From NCBI RefSeq assembly GCF_000621645.1, contig NZ_JHXR01000004.1:30001-62000 (forward strand): DNA of 32,000 nt. Direction: 5' to 3'. The DNA is from Vibrio cholerae ATCC 14035. GTDB taxonomy: Bacteria > Pseudomonadota > Gammaproteobacteria > Enterobacterales > Vibrionaceae. Each line of letters begins with the position of its first letter. Positions within the stretch are counted from its first letter, which is position 1. Positions 10,786-19,494 of the stretch are shown here, one piece after another. A program made the position numbers and the translations under genes. Below the pieces are notes generated by a model. That model did no database searches. It worked only from the letters and a program-made list of their open reading frames with translations, and was not told where the DNA came from.

Positions 10786-11496
10786 CTATTGGCTGAACAG
10801 AATTTTCGAGCTGAGTTTATAGCGCGAACCCGGATGATAGAGCAGGGCTGAGCTCACCAGCTTGTCACCACTCCAAGTACGGCGATTGAGTAGCAAGCAA
10901 GGTTCATTAGCCGCAAGTGCAAGGGCTTGTTTGACATGCGCATCGGCCACAATGGCTTCTACAGTATGTTCAATCGCGCTCAGTGGACAGTTTTGCGACA
11001 AATATTGGTTGGGCGTAATTTGGGTAAAATCTTGATCCAAATAGTGTGGCACCGAACGGCTATTCACCCAACGCACTTCCAGTTGCATCGGGATGTCGTT
11101 AGCGTAGTGAATGATTTCACTGTAAAACACTGGGCTTCCCACCATTACACCGAGCTTGATGGCGACAGCTTCATCGGCGCTTAGCGCACGCTGTTCAACC
11201 ACTTTATTGTGATACTGCTTACCGCGACTGAGGATTTCATCGGCGATGTTGCGAATATCCAGCAAAGGCGATTCGGCTTTCTCTTCTGCCGCACAAACAA
11301 AGGTGCCTAAACGTGGGCGGCGCTGTAATTTCCCTTCACTGACCAGATCGCGCAGCGCTTTGTTGACCGTCATGCGGCTGACACCAAATTGCTCGGTTAA
11401 CTCCAATTCAGTGGGGGTACGATAACCGACTGGCCAACGACCCGACTCGATGTTATCGAGCATAAATTGTTTGATTTGCAGATAGCGTGGAGACAA
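10786..11496 (-). CDS. hutC: Histidine utilisation repressor, GntR/HutC family
   Basis: N-terminal winged-helix motif ELELTEQFGVSRMTVNKALRDL followed by a UTRA-type effector domain. It sits directly upstream of hutIGUH on the same strand. Alignment of PRYLQIKQFMLDNIESGRW to the conserved HutC N-terminus implies a TTG start at 11496, so the start is less certain than the call. Confidence 0.9.
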   Translation of the reverse strand: MSPRYLQIKQFMLDNIESGRWPVGYRTPTELELTEQFGVSRMTVNKALRDLVSEGKLQRRPRLGTFVCAAEEKAESPLLDIRNIADEILSRGKQYHNKVVEQRALSADEAVAIKLGVMVGSPVFYSEIIHYANDIPMQLEVRWVNSRSVPHYLDQDFTQITPNQYLSQNCPLSAIEHTVEAIVADAHVKQALALAANEPCLLLNRRTWSGDKLVSSALLYHPGSRYKLSSKILFSQ

Positions 11497-11518
11497 GTTT
11501 CAACTCTTTCAAAAAATC

Positions 11519-11534
11519 ATTTGCATAGACAAAT
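11519..11534. promoter_or_regulatory. HutC-type operator upstream of hutC (probable autoregulation)
   Basis: ATTTGCATAGACAAAT is a near-palindrome closely resembling the site at 10711-10726 (12 of 16 positions when that site is read on the opposite strand). It lies 23-38 bp upstream of the hutC start. Confidence 0.55.
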
Positions 11535-11612
11535 CATTTCTTTGAAATCGAAGTTTTGCAACTTTTTGTGTGTAAGTTGCCACATTGCGCAGATTTTACT
11601 GAGTGATAACGC

Positions 11613-12560
11613 CTACAAGCGATAGCGATAACTGATGTGCAGCGCAATATCCGTGCTGTTATCGGTGCTGAAGACGTTTTCAGTTAACGCAAGCTCCAAG
11701 GCGCTGGATGGCATTACGTAGCGATAACCCAGCACATATTCTGTTGCGGGTTTCTCAAGCTCCTTGGGGCTTTCCACTGTGCCTTGATAAAAATGAAAAG
11801 AGCTAAACAAGTGGTGCTTGGTATTGAGTTGGTACTCATAACCCGCTGCCACAGTGAGGGTCGATTTTTTCGTTGGTAGCGTGCCTGTCGCACTATTGTG
11901 ATGAACTACGCCAAGCAGGCCATAAATTCGATGCGCGTCCTGCTGATAGGTGTAGTTCAGTTGCAGTGCTTGCTCAAAACGGTTTAAGCGTAATAAGCCA
12001 TTTTGGTTGTAATAGAGCGTAGCACCGAGTGAAAGACCATGCTGCTCTGAAGTGTGGATTTGGTACTGAGTGTAAACAGAAAACGCGCTGCTGAGAGTGG
12101 AGCCAGAAAAGTCATCCCACGCAATCTTGTGCTCTGGAACGGCAATATGAAAACGGTGTTTATCAACACTATCACGCCCATTTTGATCCAGACCAAACAG
12201 GTCATGAAAGCCCATGGTCAGCGAATCCAACTGGTTATCCCACGCCTGACTAAACCGATAGCTCAGCTCCGCCTGCCAACGGGGTGCAAACTGCCATTTA
12301 AGACCTAAGGTGAACTGGTTTTGGTAGAAATCTCCCTCATAACCCGGACTATCACTCCAGATACTGGCAGCAGAAAATCCACCAAACAGCTCTTGGCTAT
12401 CCAGCGGGAGTGAAAATCCGTCGCGTAGCTGTGGAGTAAGGGAATGGCTGGCGAGAGGCGCTTGGGCGTAATTGATGAATGGCCCGTAACGGTATTCGTT
12501 AGCCAGACTAGGAAAAGCCACCAGAGTACAAATAAGGCTAAGCAATGGGATGAATCGCAT
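11613..12560 (-). CDS. Putative outer-membrane beta-barrel protein of unknown function (possibly DUF3187-like)
   Basis: Signal peptide MRFIPLLSLICTLVAFPSLA/NE. Repeated amphipathic alternating strands (LGLKWQFAPRWQAELSYRF, TLTVAAGYEYQL) and an aromatic-rich C-terminal strand ALHISYRYRL. The family name is from memory only. Confidence 0.6.
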   Translation of the reverse strand: MRFIPLLSLICTLVAFPSLANEYRYGPFINYAQAPLASHSLTPQLRDGFSLPLDSQELFGGFSAASIWSDSPGYEGDFYQNQFTLGLKWQFAPRWQAELSYRFSQAWDNQLDSLTMGFHDLFGLDQNGRDSVDKHRFHIAVPEHKIAWDDFSGSTLSSAFSVYTQYQIHTSEQHGLSLGATLYYNQNGLLRLNRFEQALQLNYTYQQDAHRIYGLLGVVHHNSATGTLPTKKSTLTVAAGYEYQLNTKHHLFSSFHFYQGTVESPKELEKPATEYVLGYRYVMPSSALELALTENVFSTDNSTDIALHISYRYRL

Positions 12561-12666
12561 CGTCTAACTCACAGTTTGATTGCACTTGAGTTAAGTTTAG
12601 CGGAATTTTTTGTGATAAGGCTTGGGTTTATGTCTCAATCTAACATCTTGGAATGTCAATAAAGAG

Positions 12667-12692
12667 CAACGCCAGCTCGAAAGCTGGCGTTG
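12667..12692 (-). terminator. Rho-independent terminator after yciU
   Basis: Perfect 11-bp stem CAACGCCAGCT / AGCTGGCGTTG with a 4-nt loop, 7 nt past the yciU stop. On the minus strand it is followed by CTCTTTATT. Confidence 0.7.
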
Positions 12693-12698
12693 AGAAGT

Positions 12699-13019
12699 TT
12701 AGTCACGCTTCCACAGCATATGGCAAAACTTCTGATCTGGGTCACGACTGATCAACATACGGGCGAACACATCGTCCAGCACATCATTTTCTTCGTTCAC
12801 CAGACCAATGCGTACTTCGGCATAGATTTCTTTATCGACTTCGAAACCCACTTGGTCATCCCAGTCATCGCCGACATCGACCAGCTCAGCCGCGCCGCGA
12901 TCATCAAACTGCGCCGTGAACAGAATCACGTCAGCAGGTTCGAGGTTATCTGGCGCCATTTCCAAGAAAATGTCGTATGCGGTATCAATGGTGTCGTCGA
13001 TAGAAATAAGCTCAGCCAT
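12699..13019 (-). CDS. yciU: Acidic YciU/HI1450-family protein (putative dsDNA-mimic protein)
   Basis: 106-aa, very acidic protein. It aligns by eye with E. coli YciU (AYDIFLEMAPDNLEPADVILF, GAAELVD, DDVFARMLISRD, KFCHMLWKRD). Confidence 0.8.
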   Translation of the reverse strand: MAELISIDDTIDTAYDIFLEMAPDNLEPADVILFTAQFDDRGAAELVDVGDDWDDQVGFEVDKEIYAEVRIGLVNEENDVLDDVFARMLISRDPDQKFCHMLWKRD

Positions 13020-13023
13020 AAGA

Positions 13024-13590
13024 TTACGCTCGGTTCATGAATTTGCGTTCAGCAGTATTGATAACGATACGATCGCCCGTTGCAATGTACTCTGGAACTT
13101 GAACCACTAATCCAGTTGGCATACGCGCTGGTTTAGTACGAGAAGAGGCCGAAGCACCTTTGATTGATGGATCCGTCTCTTCAATCACCATTTCAACAGA
13201 AGATGGCAGTTCAATCGCAACCGCTTCACCGTCAACCAATACTACGCTCATGCCTTGAATTTCTTCAGTGATGAACAGCAGTTCGTCTTCGATTTCATCT
13301 TTCTTGAAGTTGTATGGGGTGTAGTCGTCATTGTTCATGAAGACATACTCATCGCCATCAATGTAAGAGAAAGAGATCGGACGTTTGTTCATTTCTACGG
13401 TATCCAGAACGTCATCAGATTTGTAACGCTCATCTACGCGTGCGCCTGTGTTTAGGTCAGTACAACGTAGTTTGTAGATTTTAGAACCGCCGCGGCCACC
13501 AGGAGTGGTCACTTCGATATCTTTGATCAGCAGAGTCTTACCGTTAGAAATGATGGCAAAACCTTTTTTGAGTTCACTTGCCTTTGGCAT
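13024..13590 (-). CDS. yeiP: Elongation factor P-like protein YeiP
   Basis: Aligns along its length with E. coli YeiP (MPKASELKKG..., KGASASSRTKPARMPTGLVVQVPEYI). The ATG at 13590 has AAGGA upstream. The 11-codon N-terminal extension in the ORF track has no homology support. Confidence 0.9.
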   Translation of the reverse strand: MPKASELKKGFAIISNGKTLLIKDIEVTTPGGRGGSKIYKLRCTDLNTGARVDERYKSDDVLDTVEMNKRPISFSYIDGDEYVFMNNDDYTPYNFKKDEIEDELLFITEEIQGMSVVLVDGEAVAIELPSSVEMVIEETDPSIKGASASSRTKPARMPTGLVVQVPEYIATGDRIVINTAERKFMNRA

Positions 13591-13808
13591 GAAATATATC
13601 CTTCGTGTAAAAAGTGGCAGCATTATAACTAAAGGAAGGGGAGAAAAGGAATATCTCTCCCCCTGCTACGTGACGTGGTGCGTGCACCGTGGCTAAGAAT
13701 TAAGGTTTGACTGGTTGATTGCTCGCCAGTGGGGTAAGTCTACTATTGATTGATGGTCACGCATCATAGAACATAAGGCCTGTGCAAATTAAACGAGTAT
13801 GGAGCGGT

Positions 13809-14576
13809 ATGACTCTGCCGGTGATTGACCCCAAGCAACCTTTTCAACCTGAATATCAAAATGCGATTGCCGATTTGGTGCGCTTTTGGCGCGCAGGGGC
13901 AGGGCAGGCATTACACAGCATTTACCTCTACGGCAGTGTGGCGCGAAAAACGGCCAAGCCGAATCGCTCCAACCTCGATGTCGTGGTAGTGACCTATGGC
14001 TCTTTTGAAGAAAACCGCGCGACCTTAATCAACACCATCCGTTGGCGTTTTCAAAAAAGCTACCCGTGGATCACCGATGTCTCCTTTAAGATCGCAGCCG
14101 TTGAGGAAGTGGCGACCTTAGAGGCGATTTTTTCTTGGGGTTTCATGCTGCGCCACTGCTGTGTTTGTGTGTATGGCGATAATCTGGCCGAATGTTTTGG
14201 CCATTACGAGCCAAGCTGGGAAATTGCTAAGCATTGGAATATGGATGTGGGGGATTGGCTTGCCTATTACCGAGATAAAATTGCCAAAGCCGCAACCGAG
14301 CAAGAACAGATCATGGCTCAGCAGATGGTGGCCAAAAAGCTACTGCGTGCCAGCTATTCGCTGATTATGTACCGCGACAAGCAGTGGTTTGATGACCCGA
14401 TCGAATGCGGTACCCATTTCCTACGCTATCACCCAGAGAAGCAGCTTGAAATTGACCGCCTTGGCTTGCTACTAAAACCCCGTGCAATTCCCAAACGCTC
14501 GGTGGTTGGTTTACTCGATAGTTTTGGCCCTTGGCTGGTGTCTCAATATCAAAAAACCGAGTTTCGAATTGGTTAG
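13809..14576 (+). CDS. Nucleotidyltransferase-fold protein, AadA (aminoglycoside adenylyltransferase)-like architecture
   Basis: The Pol-beta-type NTase motif LYGSVARKTAKPNRSNLDVVVV aligns with AadA LYGSAVDGGLKPHSDIDLLV. A helical C-terminal half follows, as in AadA. Start is either ATG 13809 (GGAG 4 nt upstream) or GTG 13782. Confidence 0.65.
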   Translation: MTLPVIDPKQPFQPEYQNAIADLVRFWRAGAGQALHSIYLYGSVARKTAKPNRSNLDVVVVTYGSFEENRATLINTIRWRFQKSYPWITDVSFKIAAVEEVATLEAIFSWGFMLRHCCVCVYGDNLAECFGHYEPSWEIAKHWNMDVGDWLAYYRDKIAKAATEQEQIMAQQMVAKKLLRASYSLIMYRDKQWFDDPIECGTHFLRYHPEKQLEIDRLGLLLKPRAIPKRSVVGLLDSFGPWLVSQYQKTEFRIG

Positions 14577-14684
14577 TCTTTTTTGAGAATAAGCAGTAAG
14601 TATAAGTTTTAACCGCTGAATCATTTATTGATAAAGAAATTAGTGTGCTAAGTTTTTAATACGCGTCACTTGAGCCTCTTTAGC

Positions 14685-16784
14685 ATGCTGAGTTTTAATA
14701 AGTACTTACCTACGGTGAGAAAAAATGAATTAACCAAGGTTTCTCAATACCTTGTTTCAGCGATGCATTCGATTCGTGAAGGGATGGTGTGGCTGATCCC
14801 GTGCTTAATGATCTCTTCCTTTGTCCTGTTTATTGCCAGCATGGGCGAGCTGTTTAGCGGTGGCCGTCCTGAATGGGTTTTGATTTTGTATCGCGCGAAC
14901 CAAGTGATCGCCGAAACCTTTCCTTATTTGATGACGGCCACCATCTCATATCTGCTGGCCATGCATTGGCATTTGCCACGTCCCCCGATTGCGCTATTGA
15001 GCATCATTTATTTGGTGGTCTCCTCAGCTTCGGTGAGTGCCGAGAATAATTTGCCAACGTTTCAAATCATCACAGCACTGATCACACCGATTTATGCTAT
15101 TCCGCTGATAGCTTGGTTGATGCGTTATCCGGTCTTACACTTAACCCACTCAAACAGTGCTGGCAGCATAGTACGTGAGTCACTCAATCTGGTGTTGCCT
15201 GCGGCACTGACGGCCATGGTTGTGGTGGGCATAAATTTAATTTTATTTGGCCCGATCACTCGTCAGATCTTTGCAAGCTTGATGCATTTTGATTATGCCA
15301 ATGACCCTTATTCCTTCGGCTTAACATTCGCCAGCCTAAACTCGCTGCTTTGGTTTTTCGGCATCCACGGTTATTACGCTTTATTACCTTTAGTGGAATT
15401 ATTGCAAGAAGCGAGTCGGCTGTCCGAGTCCTATTTTTTGATCGGTGAAACCGCCCCTTATCCAATGAATTTATCTTTTATGGGCACGTTTGTGTTTATC
15501 GGAGGCAGCGGTGCAACCTTTTCTTTAGCTTTAGCTATCCTATTGTTCGGAAAACAGAAAAACATTCGCTTGCTCGCGATTGCCAGTCTTCCGATCGGGC
15601 TGATTAATGTGAATGAGATTTTCCTATTTGGTTTGCCTCTGATCCTCAATCCGCGTTTATTCTTCCCCTTTCTCCTCGCACCTATGGTGAATGTGATGGT
15701 ATCACTCTGGGCGGTAGAGTCCGGTTGGGTCGCGTACCCGAGTGTTTCAGTGCCGTTCAATAGCCCGATTTTTCTCAATGCTTGGATTGCGACTAGCGGT
15801 GACTGGAATGGATTACTCCTGCAATTGGTCAATATTGTTCTCGGTTGTCTCTTATATTTGCCCTCGGTGCTGCGTCTTAATGAACAATATGGTCAGCAAA
15901 CGATTCGAATTCCTTCGTTGGATACTATGTATACTCGCCGTCAAGAAGAGGCGGCTCATCTGCAAGATGATCCCATTGCGTTGGCGCAGAAACGGGAGCG
16001 TGAGCAGCTTAAAGTTGAACAGCAACTACAGATGATGAGCAGCAAAGAGTTTTGTTTGGAGTATCAACCGCAAGTTTGCCACCGAACAGGACAAGTGATT
16101 GGTTGTGAGGCATTAATTCGAGCCAAAGATCAACAAGATAACATACTATCACCGGCAGCCTTTTTACCTTCCCTTGCCAAAGCAGGGTTGATGAAAGAGA
16201 TGGATTTATGGGTGGTGAAACACGCTACGCGTGATGTTCGCAAGCTAACGGATGTCGGAGTTTATGTACCTGTCAGTATTAATCTGACGGCAGAAACCTT
16301 GATGAATTTGACCGTAATGGCTCAGATTGAAGAGATCATTCGCCCAGTGGCAGGATTAATCCATATTGAGCTGACGGAAGAAAGTTTACTGGCGGATGAA
16401 CAGCGTTTGACTTGGGTGTTTAATCAACTCCATCAATTAGGTGTCAAAATTTACATTGATGATTTTGGTACTGGTTACTCTTCTCTCAGCTATCTGCACC
16501 GTTTTGATGTCGATGGGATCAAGATTGATCGCTCTTTCGTGCTAGCTTTGGCCTCTGAAAAAGGGCGCAAAGTGTTTGCGAATTTACAGCTCGTGGCTCA
16601 TTCCCTTGAATTGGAAACGATCGTCGAAGGGGTCGAAACTCAAGAGCAATTAGAAGCGATGGGAGATGAATACCCTTTCTCAGTACAAGGCTGGTTTTAC
16701 AGTAAATCTCTCACTCGTGAACATTTGGTGGAATTCGTGCAAGAACGTAATATGCTCAAAACAACCCCAGCTGAGGTGCAATAA
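14685..16784 (+). CDS. Membrane PTS EIIC (type 3, lactose/cellobiose family)-like domain fused to an EAL c-di-GMP phosphodiesterase domain
   Basis: The N-terminal ~400 aa have about 10 hydrophobic segments and EIIC type-3 signatures IREGMVWLIPCLMISS, LLWFFGIHG and VNEIFLFGLPLILNP. The C-terminal domain has intact EAL motifs (EYQPQ, GCEALIR, DDFGTGYSSLSYL, IKIDRSF, VEGVETQEQ, QGW). The start is uncertain (ATG 14685 or TTG 14670) because no clear SD is present. Confidence 0.85.
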   Translation: MLSFNKYLPTVRKNELTKVSQYLVSAMHSIREGMVWLIPCLMISSFVLFIASMGELFSGGRPEWVLILYRANQVIAETFPYLMTATISYLLAMHWHLPRPPIALLSIIYLVVSSASVSAENNLPTFQIITALITPIYAIPLIAWLMRYPVLHLTHSNSAGSIVRESLNLVLPAALTAMVVVGINLILFGPITRQIFASLMHFDYANDPYSFGLTFASLNSLLWFFGIHGYYALLPLVELLQEASRLSESYFLIGETAPYPMNLSFMGTFVFIGGSGATFSLALAILLFGKQKNIRLLAIASLPIGLINVNEIFLFGLPLILNPRLFFPFLLAPMVNVMVSLWAVESGWVAYPSVSVPFNSPIFLNAWIATSGDWNGLLLQLVNIVLGCLLYLPSVLRLNEQYGQQTIRIPSLDTMYTRRQEEAAHLQDDPIALAQKREREQLKVEQQLQMMSSKEFCLEYQPQVCHRTGQVIGCEALIRAKDQQDNILSPAAFLPSLAKAGLMKEMDLWVVKHATRDVRKLTDVGVYVPVSINLTAETLMNLTVMAQIEEIIRPVAGLIHIELTEESLLADEQRLTWVFNQLHQLGVKIYIDDFGTGYSSLSYLHRFDVDGIKIDRSFVLALASEKGRKVFANLQLVAHSLELETIVEGVETQEQLEAMGDEYPFSVQGWFYSKSLTREHLVEFVQERNMLKTTPAEVQ

Positions 16785-19119
16785 GCTCGTCAAATTGCTT
16801 GCCGATGAAAGGCAAAATCGCGTCTGCCACCGGTTTGAGTTGCTTGTCGATGTAGTGCTGATAATCCATCGGACTTTTGGAATACTCTTTCGGCTCTGGT
16901 CCATTCACGGTGATCAAATATTCAATGCTGCCGCGATACTGATACTGTAGAGGCCGCCCGAGTTTGGCATTAATGTCATCCGCCATTCTGGCTGCGCGTA
17001 CTTGCGGCGGCACATTCTTTTGGTACTCATGTAACCGTCGGCGTAAACGCTTTTGATACACCAATTGTTCATCCAATTGGCCTGCCAATGTCTGTTCTAC
17101 AATAGTGCGAATATAGGATTCTGGGTCTTGGCCGTGGAAAATCAATTGATACAGCTGATGTTGAAACCGTTGCGCGAGCGGCGTCCAATCGGTGCGTGCG
17201 CTTTCCAAACCTTTAAAAATCAGTTGTTCATTATCACCATCCCCTTTTAAACCCGCATAGCGTTTTTTGGAGCCCGTTTCTGAACCGCGAATGGTCGGCA
17301 TTAAAAAACGGCGATAGTGGGTTTCGTATTCGAGTTCAAGAATCGAAGCAAGGGCATATTCTTGCTTTAAATGCTCTGTCCACCATTGGTTGATTTCACT
17401 CACCAAAGCATTACCAATCGCGTCGGCTTCTTGCTGAGAGTATTGCCCACCGAGTGCGACAAACGTTGAATCGGTATCGCCATAAATTACTTGATAGCCG
17501 CGCGCTTCAATCAACCGTTTTGTTTGGATCATGATTTCATGGCCGCGCATGGTAATGCTCGATGCCAATCGCGCATCGAAAAAGCGGCAGCCTGATGATC
17601 CGAGTACGCCATAAAACGAGTTCATGATGATTTTGATCGCTTGCGAAAAGGCCTTTTCTTGGTTGCGTTTGGCTTCATCGCGCGCTGCCCATAGCTTTTC
17701 GATCATCTCAGGCAAAAAGTGTTTGGTACGATGAAATTGACCACCGCGAAAGCCCGGAACCGCGTGATCAGCTTGTTTGCCTATCGGTAGCTTTAATCCT
17801 TCAATCAATCCAAGCGGATCAATCAAAAACGAGCGAATAATCGAAGGGTAGAGGCTTTTAAAGTCGAGCACGAGTACCGAGTCATACAGCCCCGGAATCG
17901 AGTCCATCACATAACCGCCAGGGCTGGCAACCCAGTTTTCTGGCTGCAAATTGGGAGCGACATACCCTGCGCGGTGCAGTTGTGGCAGATAGAGATTGGT
18001 GAATGCGGCCACGGAGCCACCAATGCGATCTAACTCGACACCCGTTAAACGTGAACGCTGAATGGCGAAATCGAGCAGATGAGTGGCCGCAAAAATCTTA
18101 TTCACTAATACGCAGTCTTGCAGGTTGTAGCGAGCGAGTGAGGGCTTATCGTGGCGAAACATCTGGTTAATTTCATCCATCCGATCATGCACGTTATGGA
18201 TCGCTTTCCCTTCGCCGAGCAGCTCTTGCGAGACCGACTCCAAAGACCATGAACGAAAATGGTAAGTCGCGGTTTTTAACGTATCGATACCATCGAGCAC
18301 CACACGCCCGGGAATACTGATAAAGCCTTGCTGAGTTTGGCTCGCCGTGCGGAAGAAGCTCGGTTGCTGAGCTCGTCCAATAGTGAGTTTCAGTTTGTGG
18401 AACTCCGCGCGTTTGTGCAGCAGCCGGAAATCGAAATCCACTACACTCCAACCAATAATCACATCAGGATCAAACTGCTCAAACCATGCAATGAGCGCTT
18501 TGAGTAACTGGTATTCATCCTCGACCCATTGAATCGGCGTTTCCGCGGGTTCTGGTTGACCTATCATAATCACTCGGCTGTCCATCGGGCTATCCAAACC
18601 AATCGAGTAGAGTAGCCCTTTTTCGGAGCATTCGATGTCTAGCGATACCATATTCAGCGTCGGTAGGTAATCACCTTGGCGACATTTGGCTTGCTGAACT
18701 TGGCGATAATGGCCGAAATCGGTGATCTGACCAGTAAATTCGATGCTGCCTTGGATAAAGCGTTCCATCAGAAAACGGTCAGCCAAACGAATATCCGCCT
18801 CTAAGATCAACATGTCCGCTTGAGCGAGTTTCTCGGCTAAGATTTGGCTATCGCGAATCGTATTGCAGTAACAAGCGGCGAGGGGTTGGCCTGCAAAGCT
18901 ACGTAATGACAGAGGCGCTAATGAGGGCGTTATTGATAATTCTGCGGCAATTCGCATCACTTCTTGGCTAGCCGATTGTTCAATAAAAAAAACCGGACGC
19001 TCACCGCGTATGGTAAGTTGCGTTGGGCCTGAAGGTGTCGCGAGCCAAAGTTCAATTTGGGTTTGTCCAGCCACATCACGAGCGTGACGCGTTAATACAA
19101 ACCCTTGTTCAATCTTCAA
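16756..19119 (-). CDS. polB: DNA polymerase II (family B)
   Basis: Collinear with E. coli PolB, including the exonuclease motif DIE, the polymerase motifs SLYPSII and YGDTDS, and the C-terminal beta-clamp motif QLGLF. TTG start at 19119 with AAGGTGG upstream. Confidence 0.95.
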   Translation of the reverse strand: MKIEQGFVLTRHARDVAGQTQIELWLATPSGPTQLTIRGERPVFFIEQSASQEVMRIAAELSITPSLAPLSLRSFAGQPLAACYCNTIRDSQILAEKLAQADMLILEADIRLADRFLMERFIQGSIEFTGQITDFGHYRQVQQAKCRQGDYLPTLNMVSLDIECSEKGLLYSIGLDSPMDSRVIMIGQPEPAETPIQWVEDEYQLLKALIAWFEQFDPDVIIGWSVVDFDFRLLHKRAEFHKLKLTIGRAQQPSFFRTASQTQQGFISIPGRVVLDGIDTLKTATYHFRSWSLESVSQELLGEGKAIHNVHDRMDEINQMFRHDKPSLARYNLQDCVLVNKIFAATHLLDFAIQRSRLTGVELDRIGGSVAAFTNLYLPQLHRAGYVAPNLQPENWVASPGGYVMDSIPGLYDSVLVLDFKSLYPSIIRSFLIDPLGLIEGLKLPIGKQADHAVPGFRGGQFHRTKHFLPEMIEKLWAARDEAKRNQEKAFSQAIKIIMNSFYGVLGSSGCRFFDARLASSITMRGHEIMIQTKRLIEARGYQVIYGDTDSTFVALGGQYSQQEADAIGNALVSEINQWWTEHLKQEYALASILELEYETHYRRFLMPTIRGSETGSKKRYAGLKGDGDNEQLIFKGLESARTDWTPLAQRFQHQLYQLIFHGQDPESYIRTIVEQTLAGQLDEQLVYQKRLRRRLHEYQKNVPPQVRAARMADDINAKLGRPLQYQYRGSIEYLITVNGPEPKEYSKSPMDYQHYIDKQLKPVADAILPFIGKQFDELIAPQLGLF

Positions 19120-19494
19120 TCTGGCCCACCTTTTTCAACACTCATACATTTTTGCGCTGGCACATTATACTGATAGTGAAGCTGATTACATCGCATTGTG
19201 GCATCACAAGCAGGAGTGGGCGAGCACCTAGGTGATTGCGACGCAAAAGTAGGCCAAAAATCACGGTTTATATTCACCAAACCTTTCAATTAGGCGAATA
19301 TGATTTTTATTAACTTATTGATTTTTATGTGCCACATGTGCGATTCGACACTTTGAAAAATAAGTGCTTGCTAAAGTGTAGGTTTCAGATCATATTCACG
19401 GGAGAAAAGTTGCCCGCGTTGGTTTGGGGTAGCTTCGCTGTAATCCACTGTCTCGGTGGGTGCAGAGCCAATAGATAAGTGTGGAGATACAAGT

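Noticed and set aside
19157-19172. Possible LexA (SOS) box upstream of polB: CTGGCACATTATACTG.
   Set aside because: It deviates from CTGT-N8-ACAG at two positions, including the conserved CAG half-site (CTG instead). I would not call it without LexA binding data. No better candidate exists in 19120-19494.
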